The notes below the pieces were generated by a model. That model searched no databases. It was not told where the DNA came from and saw only the letters and a list, made by a program, of their open reading frames with translations. Positions 10,563 through 20,288 of a DNA stretch of 64,000 nucleotides are shown in pieces. This stretch comes from an uncultured bacterium. Lineage in GTDB: Bacteria; Hydrothermota; UBA3073; NMUJ01; CBEVQO01. The position numbers and the translations under genes are program-made. Position 1 is the first letter of the stretch; every line of letters begins with the position of its first letter. The stretch spans positions 64,001 through 128,000 of the forward strand of contig CBEVQO010000001.1 in assembly GCA_965552055.1 (NCBI GenBank), in the 5' to 3' direction.

Positions 10563-11061
10563 CAGGCTGTAAAATTCGCATTTCTCTTATTAAGAACCTG
10601 ACATCGTCTTCTGTTAACCCTGCGACACAATCTTCCGGTATTTTAACCTTAAAACCACGCTGTAACGCATCTCCTGCTGTAAAAAGCACACAAATATTTG
10701 CAGCAACACCTGTCAATATTAACTCCTTTATCCCCTTTTCTTTCAAAATAGATTCAAGATTTGTTTTGTAAAAACCAGAATATCTTTTCTTCTCAATAAT
10801 TATATCTCCCTCTCTGGGCTTCAACTCTTCGACTATTTGAGCACCTTCTGTTCCTTTAACCGCATGCTTTGGCCAAACTTTAAATTCCTCATCATCAGGC
10901 GAATGTGCATCACAGATATAAATCACAGGATAGCCCTCCTTATGTGCTTTTTCAATCTCCCTCTTAATGTTCGGAATTATCCTCTCTGCACCTTCGATGT
11001 AAAGAGAAGCTCCCTTTCTTACAAAATCGTTCAACATATCGATTATAAGCAACGCCTTCAT
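10549..11061 (-). CDS. Nicotinamidase / isochorismatase-family cysteine hydrolase
   Basis: IIDMLNDF, DAH, WPKHA, GVAANICV. Start MKALL at 11061 overlaps the upstream stop (ATGA). Confidence 0.88.
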   Translation of the reverse strand: MKALLIIDMLNDFVRKGASLYIEGAERIIPNIKREIEKAHKEGYPVIYICDAHSPDDEEFKVWPKHAVKGTEGAQIVEELKPREGDIIIEKKRYSGFYKTNLESILKEKGIKELILTGVAANICVLFTAGDALQRGFKVKIPEDCVAGLTEDDVRFLIREMRILQPGEKD

Positions 11062-11528
11062 GGCGCAAAAACAAGTGCAACAACTCCACAAACCCAAGTA
11101 TCCACACCTTCTATCTCTATTCCCTCTGTCTTCTCCATTATATCTTTCTCATCAATTCCTTCATAAATTGCTTTTAACATCTCCTTTGCACAAATGGAAG
11201 ACCTTTCTTTTGCTTCTTTTAAAGATTTTGCCTTATACTCGGCTACACAGCCAACTTTGTCACTTTCCTTGAGATAAGCAACAGAAAGTGCTATCGCAGA
11301 TTTCTCACCTTTTCTGCAATAATCTTCAATCATAACACAATGAACGATGCTACCAGGAGATAGACTAAATATAGCATTGCCTTTCTCCACAATCTCGCAT
11401 CCAGGCGGTAAAATGCTCGTTACCTTTACAAGATTAAATTTCTCAATACCAGCAGATTTCAAAGCATTATGGAATGCAACTATCTTTTCCACATGCATGC
11501 CCACACCTTTGGTTAAAAAAGCTTTCAC
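11058..11528 (-). CDS. pdaD: Pyruvoyl-dependent arginine decarboxylase
   Basis: AGIEKFNLVKVTSILPP self-cleavage region (Thr-Ser instead of Ser-Ser); GCVAEY. GTG start. Confidence 0.8.
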   Translation of the reverse strand: MKAFLTKGVGMHVEKIVAFHNALKSAGIEKFNLVKVTSILPPGCEIVEKGNAIFSLSPGSIVHCVMIEDYCRKGEKSAIALSVAYLKESDKVGCVAEYKAKSLKEAKERSSICAKEMLKAIYEGIDEKDIMEKTEGIEIEGVDTWVCGVVALVFAP

Positions 11529-11533
11529 GACTT

Positions 11534-11560
11534 ATAATATCCAAAATACATCTTTGTCAA
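11534..11560 (-). promoter_or_regulatory. Leaderless promoter TTGACA-N15-TATTAT-N5-GTG
   Basis: -35 at 11555-11560, -10 at 11534-11539, GTG at 11528. Confidence 0.75.
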
Positions 11561-11569
11561 CAAAAAATC

Positions 11570-11596
11570 TTGACAAAACAAAAATTTTATTAATAA
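11570..11596 (+). promoter_or_regulatory. Promoter TTGACA-N15-TAATAA (alternatively N18-TAAAAT) for htpX
   Basis: Perfect -35 at 11570-11575; SD TAAGGAGG follows. Confidence 0.6.
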
Positions 11597-11615
11597 AATT
11601 TGGTAAGGAGGGGGT

Positions 11616-12473
11616 ATGAACGCCTTAAAAACTGCATTTCTAATGGCTTTATTGTTTGCGCTTTTTATTTTCATCGGTGGGCTGATAGGAGGTAAGACAG
11701 GCATGATAATTGCATTCTTTTTAGCGCTTACGATAAATCTTATTTCTTTCTGGTTTTCCGATAGAATAGTGCTTTCCACCATGCGTGCAATGCCTGCCAG
11801 CGAAAGAGATTATCCTTATCTGCACCGAATAGTAGCAAACTTATCTGAGAGAATAGGGATACCGAAACCCAGAATTTACATAGTCCCTACAAATCACCCT
11901 AATGCTTTTGCTACCGGCAGGAATCCACAAAATGCAGCAGTAGCGGTAACAAGCGGATTGCTCAAACTACTGGATGAGGATGAAATAGAAGGAGTAATCG
12001 GTCATGAACTTATGCATATAAAAAATCGTGATACTCTAATCTCAACGATTGCTGCATCAATTGCTGGAGCTATAATGTTGCTTGCAAACTGGGCAAGATG
12101 GTCATTCTGGCTCGGTGGACTCGATGACAGAGAGGATAGGGGAGCAGGTCTCTTTGCACTTTTACTCATCGCAATACTGGCACCTATTGCAGCGCTCCTT
12201 ATTCAAATGGCAATTTCAAGGACAAGGGAATACAGTGCGGATGAAGGTTCTGCGAGGGCTACCCGTAAGCCCCGTGCTCTTGCTTCCGCTCTTGAGAAGA
12301 TAGCTTATGGTGCTAAAAAACTGCCTCTACAGGTGAATCCCGAATGCCATCATCTGTTCATAGTGCAACCTGTATCCGGTGACTGGATAGCATCTCTATT
12401 CAGCACGCATCCGCCTGTAAGAAAAAGAATAGAAAGACTGCTAAAGTTAGAAAGGGAACTTTATCTAAGGTGA
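11616..12473 (+). CDS. htpX: Zinc metalloprotease HtpX
   Basis: PNAFATGRNP, HELMH (HExxH), SRTREYSAD, FSTHPP. Confidence 0.95.
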   Translation: MNALKTAFLMALLFALFIFIGGLIGGKTGMIIAFFLALTINLISFWFSDRIVLSTMRAMPASERDYPYLHRIVANLSERIGIPKPRIYIVPTNHPNAFATGRNPQNAAVAVTSGLLKLLDEDEIEGVIGHELMHIKNRDTLISTIAASIAGAIMLLANWARWSFWLGGLDDREDRGAGLFALLLIAILAPIAALLIQMAISRTREYSADEGSARATRKPRALASALEKIAYGAKKLPLQVNPECHHLFIVQPVSGDWIASLFSTHPPVRKRIERLLKLERELYLR

Positions 12474-13330
12474 TAGTACTGCTGATATGTCTCATCTTTT
12501 CAAAGTATTGTGATGAACTTCTGGAGTATGAGGTTGGTGCGAGGGCAATGGGTGTTGGAAACGCTTATACTGCATTGTGCTCCGACCCCTCTGCATTTTA
12601 CTGGAATCCAGCAGCTTTAACTTCACTAAAAAAATCACAAATCTTAATAGAATACTCTGCACCATTTTCAAATTTCTATAAAATTTATTCCTTCTCTTTA
12701 AATCTCAAGAATAGTGCAATTTTTGGAATAAATTATCTCATATTCGACAGTATTCTGCAAACAGATACTTTGGGCAATATATTATCCATTTTTTCGGTAA
12801 AGGACTATGTTTTTAACATTACTACAGGTAAAAAGTTGCATGATTTTTCAGCGGGTGTGAATTTAAAACTCATTTACAGGGATTATTTTGAAGCAAACTG
12901 TTATGGCATGGGAATTGATTTCGGGCTATTCAAAAGAATATCCGAATTGAGGTTCGGTCTATGCATAAGAAACATTTTTGGAACTCATTTATTGTGGAGT
13001 AACGGAAATTATGAAATCGCTTCACCTTCATTAAATCTCGGGCTGGCTTTTTCACATAAATTAAAAGATGGAATTTTGTCATTCACATCGGATTTCTCTT
13101 TTTACACATTAAAAAGACATACAGAATTCGGGACATTAAATCTCGATACCAGATTTGGAATCGAATATCTTCATGAAAATTTGCTTTTTATAAGAGCAGG
13201 TAAAGATAAAGATAAATTAACATGTGGCATTGGAATAAAACTCCCTGATTTGTATCTTGATGGTGCAATTGAACTTGGGGAACATCTTGGTGTATCAAAA
13301 AAAGTATCGGGAGGTGTAGTATGGCGATAG
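12470..13330 (+). CDS. PorV/PorQ-family outer-membrane beta-barrel protein
   Basis: GARAMGVGNAYTALCSDPSAFYWNPAAL is the PorV/FadL-like N-terminal motif; amphipathic strands follow. Confidence 0.75.
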   Translation: MIVLLICLIFSKYCDELLEYEVGARAMGVGNAYTALCSDPSAFYWNPAALTSLKKSQILIEYSAPFSNFYKIYSFSLNLKNSAIFGINYLIFDSILQTDTLGNILSIFSVKDYVFNITTGKKLHDFSAGVNLKLIYRDYFEANCYGMGIDFGLFKRISELRFGLCIRNIFGTHLLWSNGNYEIASPSLNLGLAFSHKLKDGILSFTSDFSFYTLKRHTEFGTLNLDTRFGIEYLHENLLFIRAGKDKDKLTCGIGIKLPDLYLDGAIELGEHLGVSKKVSGGVVWR

Positions 13331-13785
13331 ATTTTGATAAGTTATATGAAGCAATGAGTGATTTTGCAAGTGGCAAAGTTTACATTCTCGATATGGACAC
13401 GGGCGAAATAATAGTGATAAGTCCGGCGGTGCAGAACATCATCGAGAAAGAGAGAACGGGCTCAACACTGACATCCAGTGAGAGAGCAATTTTAAAAGAG
13501 GTTAAAGAAAAATTCGACCACAAAAGAAAAGATAGATATGTCCCCATCCCAAAGATTGAATCACGGGAAAGCTATAAGATAATGCAGGAATTCGCTGAAA
13601 CAATAAAAAATGAATCAATGAGAAAAAAGGTAGAAGAAGCTCTAAAAGCAGAAAAACCTTTCAGTAAATTCAATGAAATAGTATTAAAACATCCACAGGA
13701 AAGAAAAAGATGGTTAGAATTTAAAAAAGAAAAAATTATTGAAATAGCCAAAAAATGGCTTGATAAAATAGGGGTGGAATATTAA
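13321..13785 (+). CDS. UPF0158 family protein
   Basis: YILDMDTGEII, ESYKIMQEFA, KPFSKF, RWLEFK, AKKWL pattern. Confidence 0.8.
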   Translation: MAIDFDKLYEAMSDFASGKVYILDMDTGEIIVISPAVQNIIEKERTGSTLTSSERAILKEVKEKFDHKRKDRYVPIPKIESRESYKIMQEFAETIKNESMRKKVEEALKAEKPFSKFNEIVLKHPQERKRWLEFKKEKIIEIAKKWLDKIGVEY

Positions 13786-14771
13786 CCTCTTTTTTCAACA
13801 ATAACCTTAAAAACGAAAAAAGCACCTATTATTACAAATAAATAGTAAGTGAAAAATCTCCATAATGCAATAAAAACGGGCTCAAGACCCGGTGGGCACA
13901 TTTGTCTAAAAAGCCCATAAGCAGTGCCCTCTGCAAGTCCGCTTGCCCCAGGCGTGGGATAAAAAACCGATAAAAACATATATATCATCTGCAAAAACAT
14001 AATATCCCATGTATTCACACTTACACCCAGACCATAAAAAGTTACAGGCGCTAAAACTGCATAAAGCAACACCGATACAAAGCCAAGAAAAAGAACAAGC
14101 AAAAATTTCCATTTACCACTCGTAAAACATTCCTTAAAACCCATTTTAAACAAATCTACTTCTTTCTTAAGCCTCTCAAGTGCCACTTTTGCCTTTTCTG
14201 ATTTCACCTTTAAAATAAGATTATCAAGCCTCCTTTTCGCATCATCTGTAAAAAACATAACATAAAAAAGGAAAAGTATTAAAAGACCGTAAATCACATA
14301 AACTACATGTGATACAGATTTCAAACCTTTTGATAACTCTGCTACCCTCGAATAAAAAACAAGGCTCACAGGCAAAAGCGAAATTAAAATAGTTATGCCT
14401 CTAAGAGCAAGTGCACCACCTGCTTTACCGATGCTCATTCCGTCTCGTTGAAGTAAGTAAACCTGATAAGGTATAGCAAGAGCTCCACCCGCCGGCAATA
14501 TTGTAAAAAACCAGCCTCCAAGAACAACATCACAACTTGTGCGAAAAGATGGCAAATGACCAAATGCCCAGCACAAAACCCGAAACCTTAAACATTCAAC
14601 AACACATCTAACAAAAACAATAAGAAAACCAAGTAAAAGATAAAAGGATGATACCTCTCCAAATTTTATCTTCTGTCCTTTCAAAAAATTATAAAGGAAA
14701 ATCGCAAAAATTGAGACAAAAGTTAGAAGAAGAGATATCGTTATCCCTTTTCTGATTTTTTCTTTATCCAT
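13782..14771 (-). CDS. Lysylphosphatidylglycerol synthase TM-domain / flippase-like membrane protein (UPF0104)
   Basis: About 8 TMs; PTPGASGLAEG and LWRFFTYY motifs. Confidence 0.8.
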   Translation of the reverse strand: MDKEKIRKGITISLLLTFVSIFAIFLYNFLKGQKIKFGEVSSFYLLLGFLIVFVRCVVECLRFRVLCWAFGHLPSFRTSCDVVLGGWFFTILPAGGALAIPYQVYLLQRDGMSIGKAGGALALRGITILISLLPVSLVFYSRVAELSKGLKSVSHVVYVIYGLLILFLFYVMFFTDDAKRRLDNLILKVKSEKAKVALERLKKEVDLFKMGFKECFTSGKWKFLLVLFLGFVSVLLYAVLAPVTFYGLGVSVNTWDIMFLQMIYMFLSVFYPTPGASGLAEGTAYGLFRQMCPPGLEPVFIALWRFFTYYLFVIIGAFFVFKVIVEKRG

Positions 14772-15181
14772 ACTCTTCCTTTATCAATTATGTGAATAAC
14801 TTTCCAGCCCCTTTCTTCCAGCGATTGAGAGATAAACCTCCGATGACAGCGCCATGGAAAGCGCTCGGCACACATAAAAACCGTCCTGCCACGCACAGCA
14901 ATGTTTTCGAGCTCACATACTCCACTTTTGTAATCATCGGTCTCCATAAATAACCTGTAACCACCCTGACGATAACCTCCCAATTTATCACCCAGATAAA
15001 AATATTTTATGCCATTTTCTTCCAAAAATTTCTTCAAATTTTCCTTTACAAAATGCTGATATCTACTGTGAGGAAAACGACGCACATCTATTAATTGTTC
15101 GATTCCATGCTCTTTTAATAGCTCCAAGAATTCTTCTTTTGTCCTTCTGCTGGTGCCAATTGTATATATCACCTTAGCCAC
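14741..15181 (-). CDS. DUF488 family protein
   Basis: IYTIGTS, LIDVRRFP, LGG, MCAE..PWRCHR motifs. Confidence 0.85.
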   Translation of the reverse strand: MAKVIYTIGTSRRTKEEFLELLKEHGIEQLIDVRRFPHSRYQHFVKENLKKFLEENGIKYFYLGDKLGGYRQGGYRLFMETDDYKSGVCELENIAVRGRTVFMCAERFPWRCHRRFISQSLEERGWKVIHIIDKGRVWIKKKSEKG

Positions 15182-16514
15182 TCGTAACAGATATTCCCTT
15201 AACCCTTATGTAAGGTAAAGAATAGTTAAAAATCGTTTTCTTTTCTTTCGAAATACCTGTGATATTCATAAGCATATCGAAAACATTACCCTGAATCATT
15301 GTACCTATCAAAGGCTGGACAACTTCTCCATCTTTCACAAGATAACCACATTTAACAACTCCTGAAAATTCACCGGTAACGGGATTTACATTGCCTGAAA
15401 ATCTTTTAACTATTACTCCTTTTTTCATTTCTTTTATCAAATCATCTTTTTTCACATCACCTTCTTTAATTATAAAATTTGTAATATCAATAGAAGGTAC
15501 ACTCCTTGCTCCACCCGAAGCATGTCCCGTACTCTTTTTGCCCTCGCGCTTCGCAGAATAAGTATTGTAAATGAAAGAACGCAAAATTCCATTTTCGATG
15601 ATTGTGAGTGGACGATGTGGAACACCTTCTCTATCGAAAGCACCGCTACCAAGTGCACCTGGTATTGTGCCATCATCTATTATTGTCAAAAAATCAGACG
15701 CCACCCTTTTATCAAGTTTATCACGGAATTTACTTATCCCTTTGTGAACATTCTCCGCATTTATAGCATTTACAATGGGCAAACAAATAAGCTCAAGACC
15801 GGCAAAAGGTGTAATTAACATCTCTCCTTTAAAGCTCTCACCTTTCTTCGCACCAAGAGCCCCTATAACGCTCGCAGCAAATTCACGCACAACATCCCGA
15901 TAATTAAAATCTTTCAATTGAGTAGAACCAAGCCATTCATAATCCATAGAAGAAACTTTTTCGCCTTCCCTTGCCATTCCGAGTATCGAACCATAAATCG
16001 CTGTACCCTTCTCATGCAAATTTATACCTTTAGAATTAACAATATATCTTTCCCAGCAAGACACATGTACCCCTGCACGGTCAACAGAAATCCTTTCATC
16101 ATATTTACGCGCTATATCAAGCATATCAAGTGAATAATTCACAACATCTTCTACTTTCAACTTATCAACCTGTTTATCATACAAATCTTTAACTTCTTTT
16201 ACTTCTTCGGGTTCGGGTAGTTCATTAAATTCATCTGGCTGGGATGCTCTTGCAATTCTCACTGCATCTTCTGCAGCGGTCAAAAGTGCTTCTCTCGATA
16301 AGTTATTGGTATAAGCAAAACCCAGCGCTTTGGACTTAAATACCCTTATGCCTGCTCCGGATTTCCTGTCAGATTTCACAGTATCAATGTCATTTTTCTG
16401 AATAAGTGCATCCATTGTTTTCTCTATCCCCGCGTAAATCTCAACTTCATCGGCTCCCATCTTCAAAGTTTTATCCACTATTTCTTTTAACAAAGCCAAC
16501 ATCTCAACCTCCAA
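15174..16514 (-). CDS. TldD/PmbA family protein (PmbA/TldE-like, no HExxH)
   Basis: GIRVF..GFAYT, FDREG, IENGIL, STGHA, NPVTGEFS motifs. Confidence 0.88.
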   Translation of the reverse strand: MEVEMLALLKEIVDKTLKMGADEVEIYAGIEKTMDALIQKNDIDTVKSDRKSGAGIRVFKSKALGFAYTNNLSREALLTAAEDAVRIARASQPDEFNELPEPEEVKEVKDLYDKQVDKLKVEDVVNYSLDMLDIARKYDERISVDRAGVHVSCWERYIVNSKGINLHEKGTAIYGSILGMAREGEKVSSMDYEWLGSTQLKDFNYRDVVREFAASVIGALGAKKGESFKGEMLITPFAGLELICLPIVNAINAENVHKGISKFRDKLDKRVASDFLTIIDDGTIPGALGSGAFDREGVPHRPLTIIENGILRSFIYNTYSAKREGKKSTGHASGGARSVPSIDITNFIIKEGDVKKDDLIKEMKKGVIVKRFSGNVNPVTGEFSGVVKCGYLVKDGEVVQPLIGTMIQGNVFDMLMNITGISKEKKTIFNYSLPYIRVKGISVTSG

Positions 16515-17319
16515 TTTCCAAACTAAAATTTATTGATTTAAATGAATGTGTCAGCATCCCAATAGATATAAAATTTACTCCTGTTTTCGCATAATCCCTT
16601 ATATTGGAAAGATTTATGCCACCAGAAACTTCAAGTTCAAATGCTCCTTTCACGATATCAACAGCCCTTTTAACCTCATCTACGCTCATATTATCGAGCA
16701 AAACTCTATCAATCTTATCACTGTATTTTAAAGCAAATGTAAGCTCCTCGAGATTTTTTACTTCAACTATTACTTTATAATTTCTCTTTTCGGGTATTTT
16801 CTTTAGTGCCTCTTCAATTCCGCCGAGCGATGAAATATGATTGTCTTTTATCATCATAGCATCATATAGACCCATCCTGTGATTTTCCCCTCCTCCTACT
16901 TTCACCGCATATTTTTCCAATTCTCTTAGACAGGGAGTGGTTTTCCTTGTATCGAGTATTTTAACATTCAAATCTTCCACCTTTTCTACAAATTGTCTCG
17001 TAAGTGTTGCTATCCCCGATAATCTCATCAAAAAATTAAGAGCTGTTCTTTCTGCTTTCAAAATAGATGCTACCCTGCCGTGAAGAGTAGCAACGGGTTC
17101 CTCGGGTAAAATTTTTTCTCCGTCCTCTCTTAAAGGATTAAAAATAACCTCTTTATCAACCTCTTTAAAAACTTTCTCGCAAACTTTAATTCCACAGAGA
17201 ATGCATTCTTCCTTACAAATTATATAAGCATCTTTTACAAGATTTTTTGGTATAAGAGTATCTGTTGTAATATCACCTTTTCCAATATCTTCCTCAAGGG
17301 CTCTTTTTATTACATCCAC
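16504..17319 (-). CDS. nadC: Nicotinate-nucleotide pyrophosphorylase (quinolinate phosphoribosyltransferase)
   Basis: AERTALN, DTRKTTP, NHRMGLYD, IKDNH, LLDNM, EVSGGI. Confidence 0.96.
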   Translation of the reverse strand: MDVIKRALEEDIGKGDITTDTLIPKNLVKDAYIICKEECILCGIKVCEKVFKEVDKEVIFNPLREDGEKILPEEPVATLHGRVASILKAERTALNFLMRLSGIATLTRQFVEKVEDLNVKILDTRKTTPCLRELEKYAVKVGGGENHRMGLYDAMMIKDNHISSLGGIEEALKKIPEKRNYKVIVEVKNLEELTFALKYSDKIDRVLLDNMSVDEVKRAVDIVKGAFELEVSGGINLSNIRDYAKTGVNFISIGMLTHSFKSINFSLEIGG

Positions 17320-17324
17320 TTATT

Positions 17325-17351
17325 ATTTTAATCAAATATTTTCTTTGTCAA
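17325..17351 (-). promoter_or_regulatory. Leaderless promoter TTGACA-N15-TAAAAT-N5-GTG (nadC)
   Basis: -35 at 17346-17351, -10 at 17325-17330, GTG at 17319. Confidence 0.78.
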
Positions 17352-17352
17352 C

Positions 17353-17570
17353 TTTAAGTGTTATAATTTTTAGCCCCGCCTCCCAATCCCCGCCTTCCCA
17401 TGTGCACACCCCTCCTTTCAGTCGGGGTGTGACAAAAGACCCATTGGTAATGAGCTCGGCTACGCCTCGCAATAAAAATTATGAGCAAAGCATCTTAGAA
17501 AGCCACATCTTGGTCAAGGCTGTGCCTTGCTCGCTTCGCTCGTAATAAATTTAAGGTGTTATAATTTCTA
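17353..17570. repeat. Structured intergenic element: ~20-bp flanking direct repeats, hairpins, two REP-like units
   Basis: tttaag(g)tgttataattt(t/c)ta at 17353-17372 and 17550-17570; stem CACACCCC/GGGGTGTG at 17405-17431; CAAGGC/GCCTTG at 17515-17529; related GC-rich units at 17454-17480 and 17529-17552. Confidence 0.5.
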
Positions 17571-17639
17571 TCGCGCTTACTATTTGCCCATTTTCTATTT
17601 TCCAAACCTCGTAATTTGCTACCAATCTCAATAATTTTA

Positions 17640-17666
17640 TTGACAAAAACCGATTTTCTTTATATT
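17640..17666 (+). promoter_or_regulatory. Promoter TTGACA-N15-TATATT
   Basis: -35 at 17640-17645, -10 at 17661-17666; SD GGAGGGG before ATG 17684. Confidence 0.75.
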
Positions 17667-17683
17667 TAGAGAAGGAGGGGAGA

Positions 17684-18367
17684 ATGCGTGTAGGAATAAT
17701 GTTAGCGGTATTTACTTTGGTAGAGACACTAAACGCAATAACACTGGACGAAATCGTAAAGAAAATGGAAGAAAGGGAAAAGAAATTGTGGGAAGCGAAA
17801 GATGTAATGACGATAATGGAGTCAGGAACAGTTATGCCAACAGGAGAAAGAATGAAGATAAAAACAATATCCTATAAAAAAGGCAAAAAGTTCAGAATAG
17901 ACATGGAAAATCCCTTTACTGGCAAAATGATAATGCTATTTGACGGAAAAGATTACTGGACAATAAGTGCAATGGGTAAAATGAAAACAACTTCAATGCA
18001 GGAACAAACACAGGTCATACAGACTTACTCAAAATACATCAAAAATGGTAAACTTATGGGAACAGAAACAGTGGAAGGAAGAGAATGCTATTACATCAAG
18101 ATAACGCCCACGAAGGATAATCCTTATCTTGCAATGTGGGTGGATAAAGAATGGCTATATCCCATCAAGGCAAAAATTCAATCCCCACAGGGTGAAATGA
18201 TAGTTATAGCAAAAGATTTTAGAGAAGAAAAAGGTATAGGAATGGTTCCTCATATAATCGAAACTCAGGGAGCTGGAATTTCGAACATCACAGTAATAAA
18301 AGAAGTAAAGGTAAATACAGGATTAAGCGATGATTTATTCGACCCCGCAAAAATTGAAATAAAATAA
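17684..18367 (+). CDS. LolA-like outer-membrane lipoprotein-sorting family protein
   Basis: Signal peptide; GTETVEGRECY, MWVDKE, VNTGLSDDLF motifs. Confidence 0.75.
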   Translation: MRVGIMLAVFTLVETLNAITLDEIVKKMEEREKKLWEAKDVMTIMESGTVMPTGERMKIKTISYKKGKKFRIDMENPFTGKMIMLFDGKDYWTISAMGKMKTTSMQEQTQVIQTYSKYIKNGKLMGTETVEGRECYYIKITPTKDNPYLAMWVDKEWLYPIKAKIQSPQGEMIVIAKDFREEKGIGMVPHIIETQGAGISNITVIKEVKVNTGLSDDLFDPAKIEIK

Positions 18368-18379
18368 AAAGGAGGGGAA

Positions 18380-19765
18380 ATGCGTAAATTCTTTTTAATC
18401 TTATCAATATGTTTTCTGATATCACCACTTTACGCCAAAAGAAAAGGTCTGCCTGAATGGGCAGTTACCCATCGCCACCCAAAGTATCCCGAAAAAGTTT
18501 ACATTCTGGGAGTAGGATTAGCTGACATGACAGGAGCAGATAAGGAAGACCTCGAAAGAGCAAAAGCATCAGCACTATCAGACATAGCATCACAAATTGA
18601 AGTAAAAATAAAATCTAATTTGAGAATGATAGAAAATGAAGTTAAGTCAAAAAGGGGAATCTCTTACACTGAATACATCGAAAAGAGAACAGAACAGGAT
18701 GTAGAAGCGTGTTTGAGAGGGGTACAAATCGTCATCACAGGTTTTGCACCAAAAGAAAAAACAGCATATTGCCTGGCTGTGCTACACAGAGCAAAAGCAG
18801 CATCTCTTATCGAAGAAGAATTAAATTCTTTACTGAAAGATATAAAAAGCTTGCTTTCTGATGCAGATAAATATTACGAAGAAGGCAAAGTTGTAACAGC
18901 AATTCAAAGTTTGAAAAAAGCAATCGATAAATTTTATCAGGCAGAATCAAAGAAAGTGTTGCTTAACTCAATAAGTCCTGTACCTGCTTTTGAAACTTCA
19001 CCAATCACAATCGAAGATATTTTCTCAAAAATAAGAAGAATATTGAATGAAATAGAGATAGAAAAAGTATCGGGTGATAATCAGGAAGCAGAGATCGGAA
19101 GGAATCTACCAGAGCCACTTTGTGTAAAAGTAACGGCAAAAGGCAAACCCATACATCCAATCGAAGTTACATTTTCCTATGCAAAAGGCGGTAAAATCGG
19201 TAAAGCAATTACAGATAAGGAAGGGATTGCAAAAATAGAAGCAATCGCAAAAAAACAAAAAGGCAAATTCGGATATATTATCGCAAAAATTGAAATACCA
19301 GGATTACCAGATGAATTCATTGATCAGCTCGATTTAATAAAAGTAAAATTTACATACTCTATCAAAGGCATAGAATACTATGTTGGCATAAGAGTAAGGA
19401 ATAAAGAATTTGCGTCTGCAATTAAAGAAGCGCTTACAAAAGCAGGTGTGAGATTTTCAGAAAAAGCAAGATGCTATATAAAGGGAGAAATTGGAACATC
19501 GTATCAGGGAAAAGTAACGGGCTTCGCAGGTGATGTTCACAGATTTGAAGCCAAAGCAATTATAACCTTAATTGACAGAAAAACAGGGGGCGATGTAAAA
19601 ACATGGACAATTAAAGCAACAGGAACGGATAAAGACAGAAATATCGCAAGGAGAAAGGCATTGGAAAATCTCTTCAAAAAAATTGTGAAAAAGTTCGGGA
19701 AAGATTTCATAGAAGACATTGGCTCGGAACTCGATAAAACACCGGATTTACTTAAAGAAATGTGA
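18380..19765 (+). CDS. LPP20-domain exported protein with Ig-like domain
   Basis: Signal peptide; PEW...YILGVG...AKASALSDIASQIEVKI; SGDNQ...LPEPL.VKV Ig-like segment. Confidence 0.65.
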   Translation: MRKFFLILSICFLISPLYAKRKGLPEWAVTHRHPKYPEKVYILGVGLADMTGADKEDLERAKASALSDIASQIEVKIKSNLRMIENEVKSKRGISYTEYIEKRTEQDVEACLRGVQIVITGFAPKEKTAYCLAVLHRAKAASLIEEELNSLLKDIKSLLSDADKYYEEGKVVTAIQSLKKAIDKFYQAESKKVLLNSISPVPAFETSPITIEDIFSKIRRILNEIEIEKVSGDNQEAEIGRNLPEPLCVKVTAKGKPIHPIEVTFSYAKGGKIGKAITDKEGIAKIEAIAKKQKGKFGYIIAKIEIPGLPDEFIDQLDLIKVKFTYSIKGIEYYVGIRVRNKEFASAIKEALTKAGVRFSEKARCYIKGEIGTSYQGKVTGFAGDVHRFEAKAIITLIDRKTGGDVKTWTIKATGTDKDRNIARRKALENLFKKIVKKFGKDFIEDIGSELDKTPDLLKEM

Positions 19766-20280
19766 AAGAATTACTCTTGACTTTTTTAAAAATTGGATTA
19801 ATAGGATATGGTGGTGGGAATGCTGTTTTCCGTGTATTACTATCAGAAGTTGTCGAAAAGAAAGGCTGGTTTACGCTTCCAGAAATCGTTAATATGTTCT
19901 CATTAGCCCAAACAGCACCAGGTTTGATAATACCAAAGCTCGCTGTAATCTGTGGATATAAAAAAGCAGGGATACCCGGAGCAATTGTAAGTTTCTTTGC
20001 AGTAAATTTACCGGGAATTATAATTTGCATGGCAATATTTGCAATTTACTGGAAATACGGTAAACATCCCGTTTTCAATCGTATCCTATGCGGAATAAAA
20101 CCCATAGTAGCTGCACTCGTATTTTCAGCTTTTCTAATGATATTTAAAGGCGGAAATTTGCTTAATTGGAAATCAATTTTGATTTTCTGCGGTGCACTCG
20201 TAATGTTAATAGCATTTAAGATTCATCCTTTATGGTTAATCATTGCCGGAATTTGTTTAGGTTTATTGATATTTAAATAG
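19762..20280 (+). CDS. Short-chain chromate transporter (single CHR domain)
   Basis: [24 protein letters not shown] motifs. Confidence 0.85.
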   Translation: MKELLLTFLKIGLIGYGGGNAVFRVLLSEVVEKKGWFTLPEIVNMFSLAQTAPGLIIPKLAVICGYKKAGIPGAIVSFFAVNLPGIIICMAIFAIYWKYGKHPVFNRILCGIKPIVAALVFSAFLMIFKGGNLLNWKSILIFCGALVMLIAFKIHPLWLIIAGICLGLLIFK

Positions 20281-20288
20281 GAGACAAA

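Noticed and set aside
11058..11528. Inactive arginine decarboxylase because Ser-Ser is Thr-Ser
   Set aside because: The pyruvoyl-forming Ser is retained, and Thr-Ser occurs in the active chlamydial enzyme.
17345..17545. 66-aa ORF in the intergenic region
   Set aside because: Its TTG start lies within the nadC -35 box, there is no SD, and the composition is atypical; likely spurious.
17353..17570. Integron attC site or CRISPR array
   Set aside because: GTTATAA occurs twice only in direct orientation with no complementary inverse core, integrase or cassette ORF; two imperfect repeats about 200 bp apart and no cas genes do not make an array.
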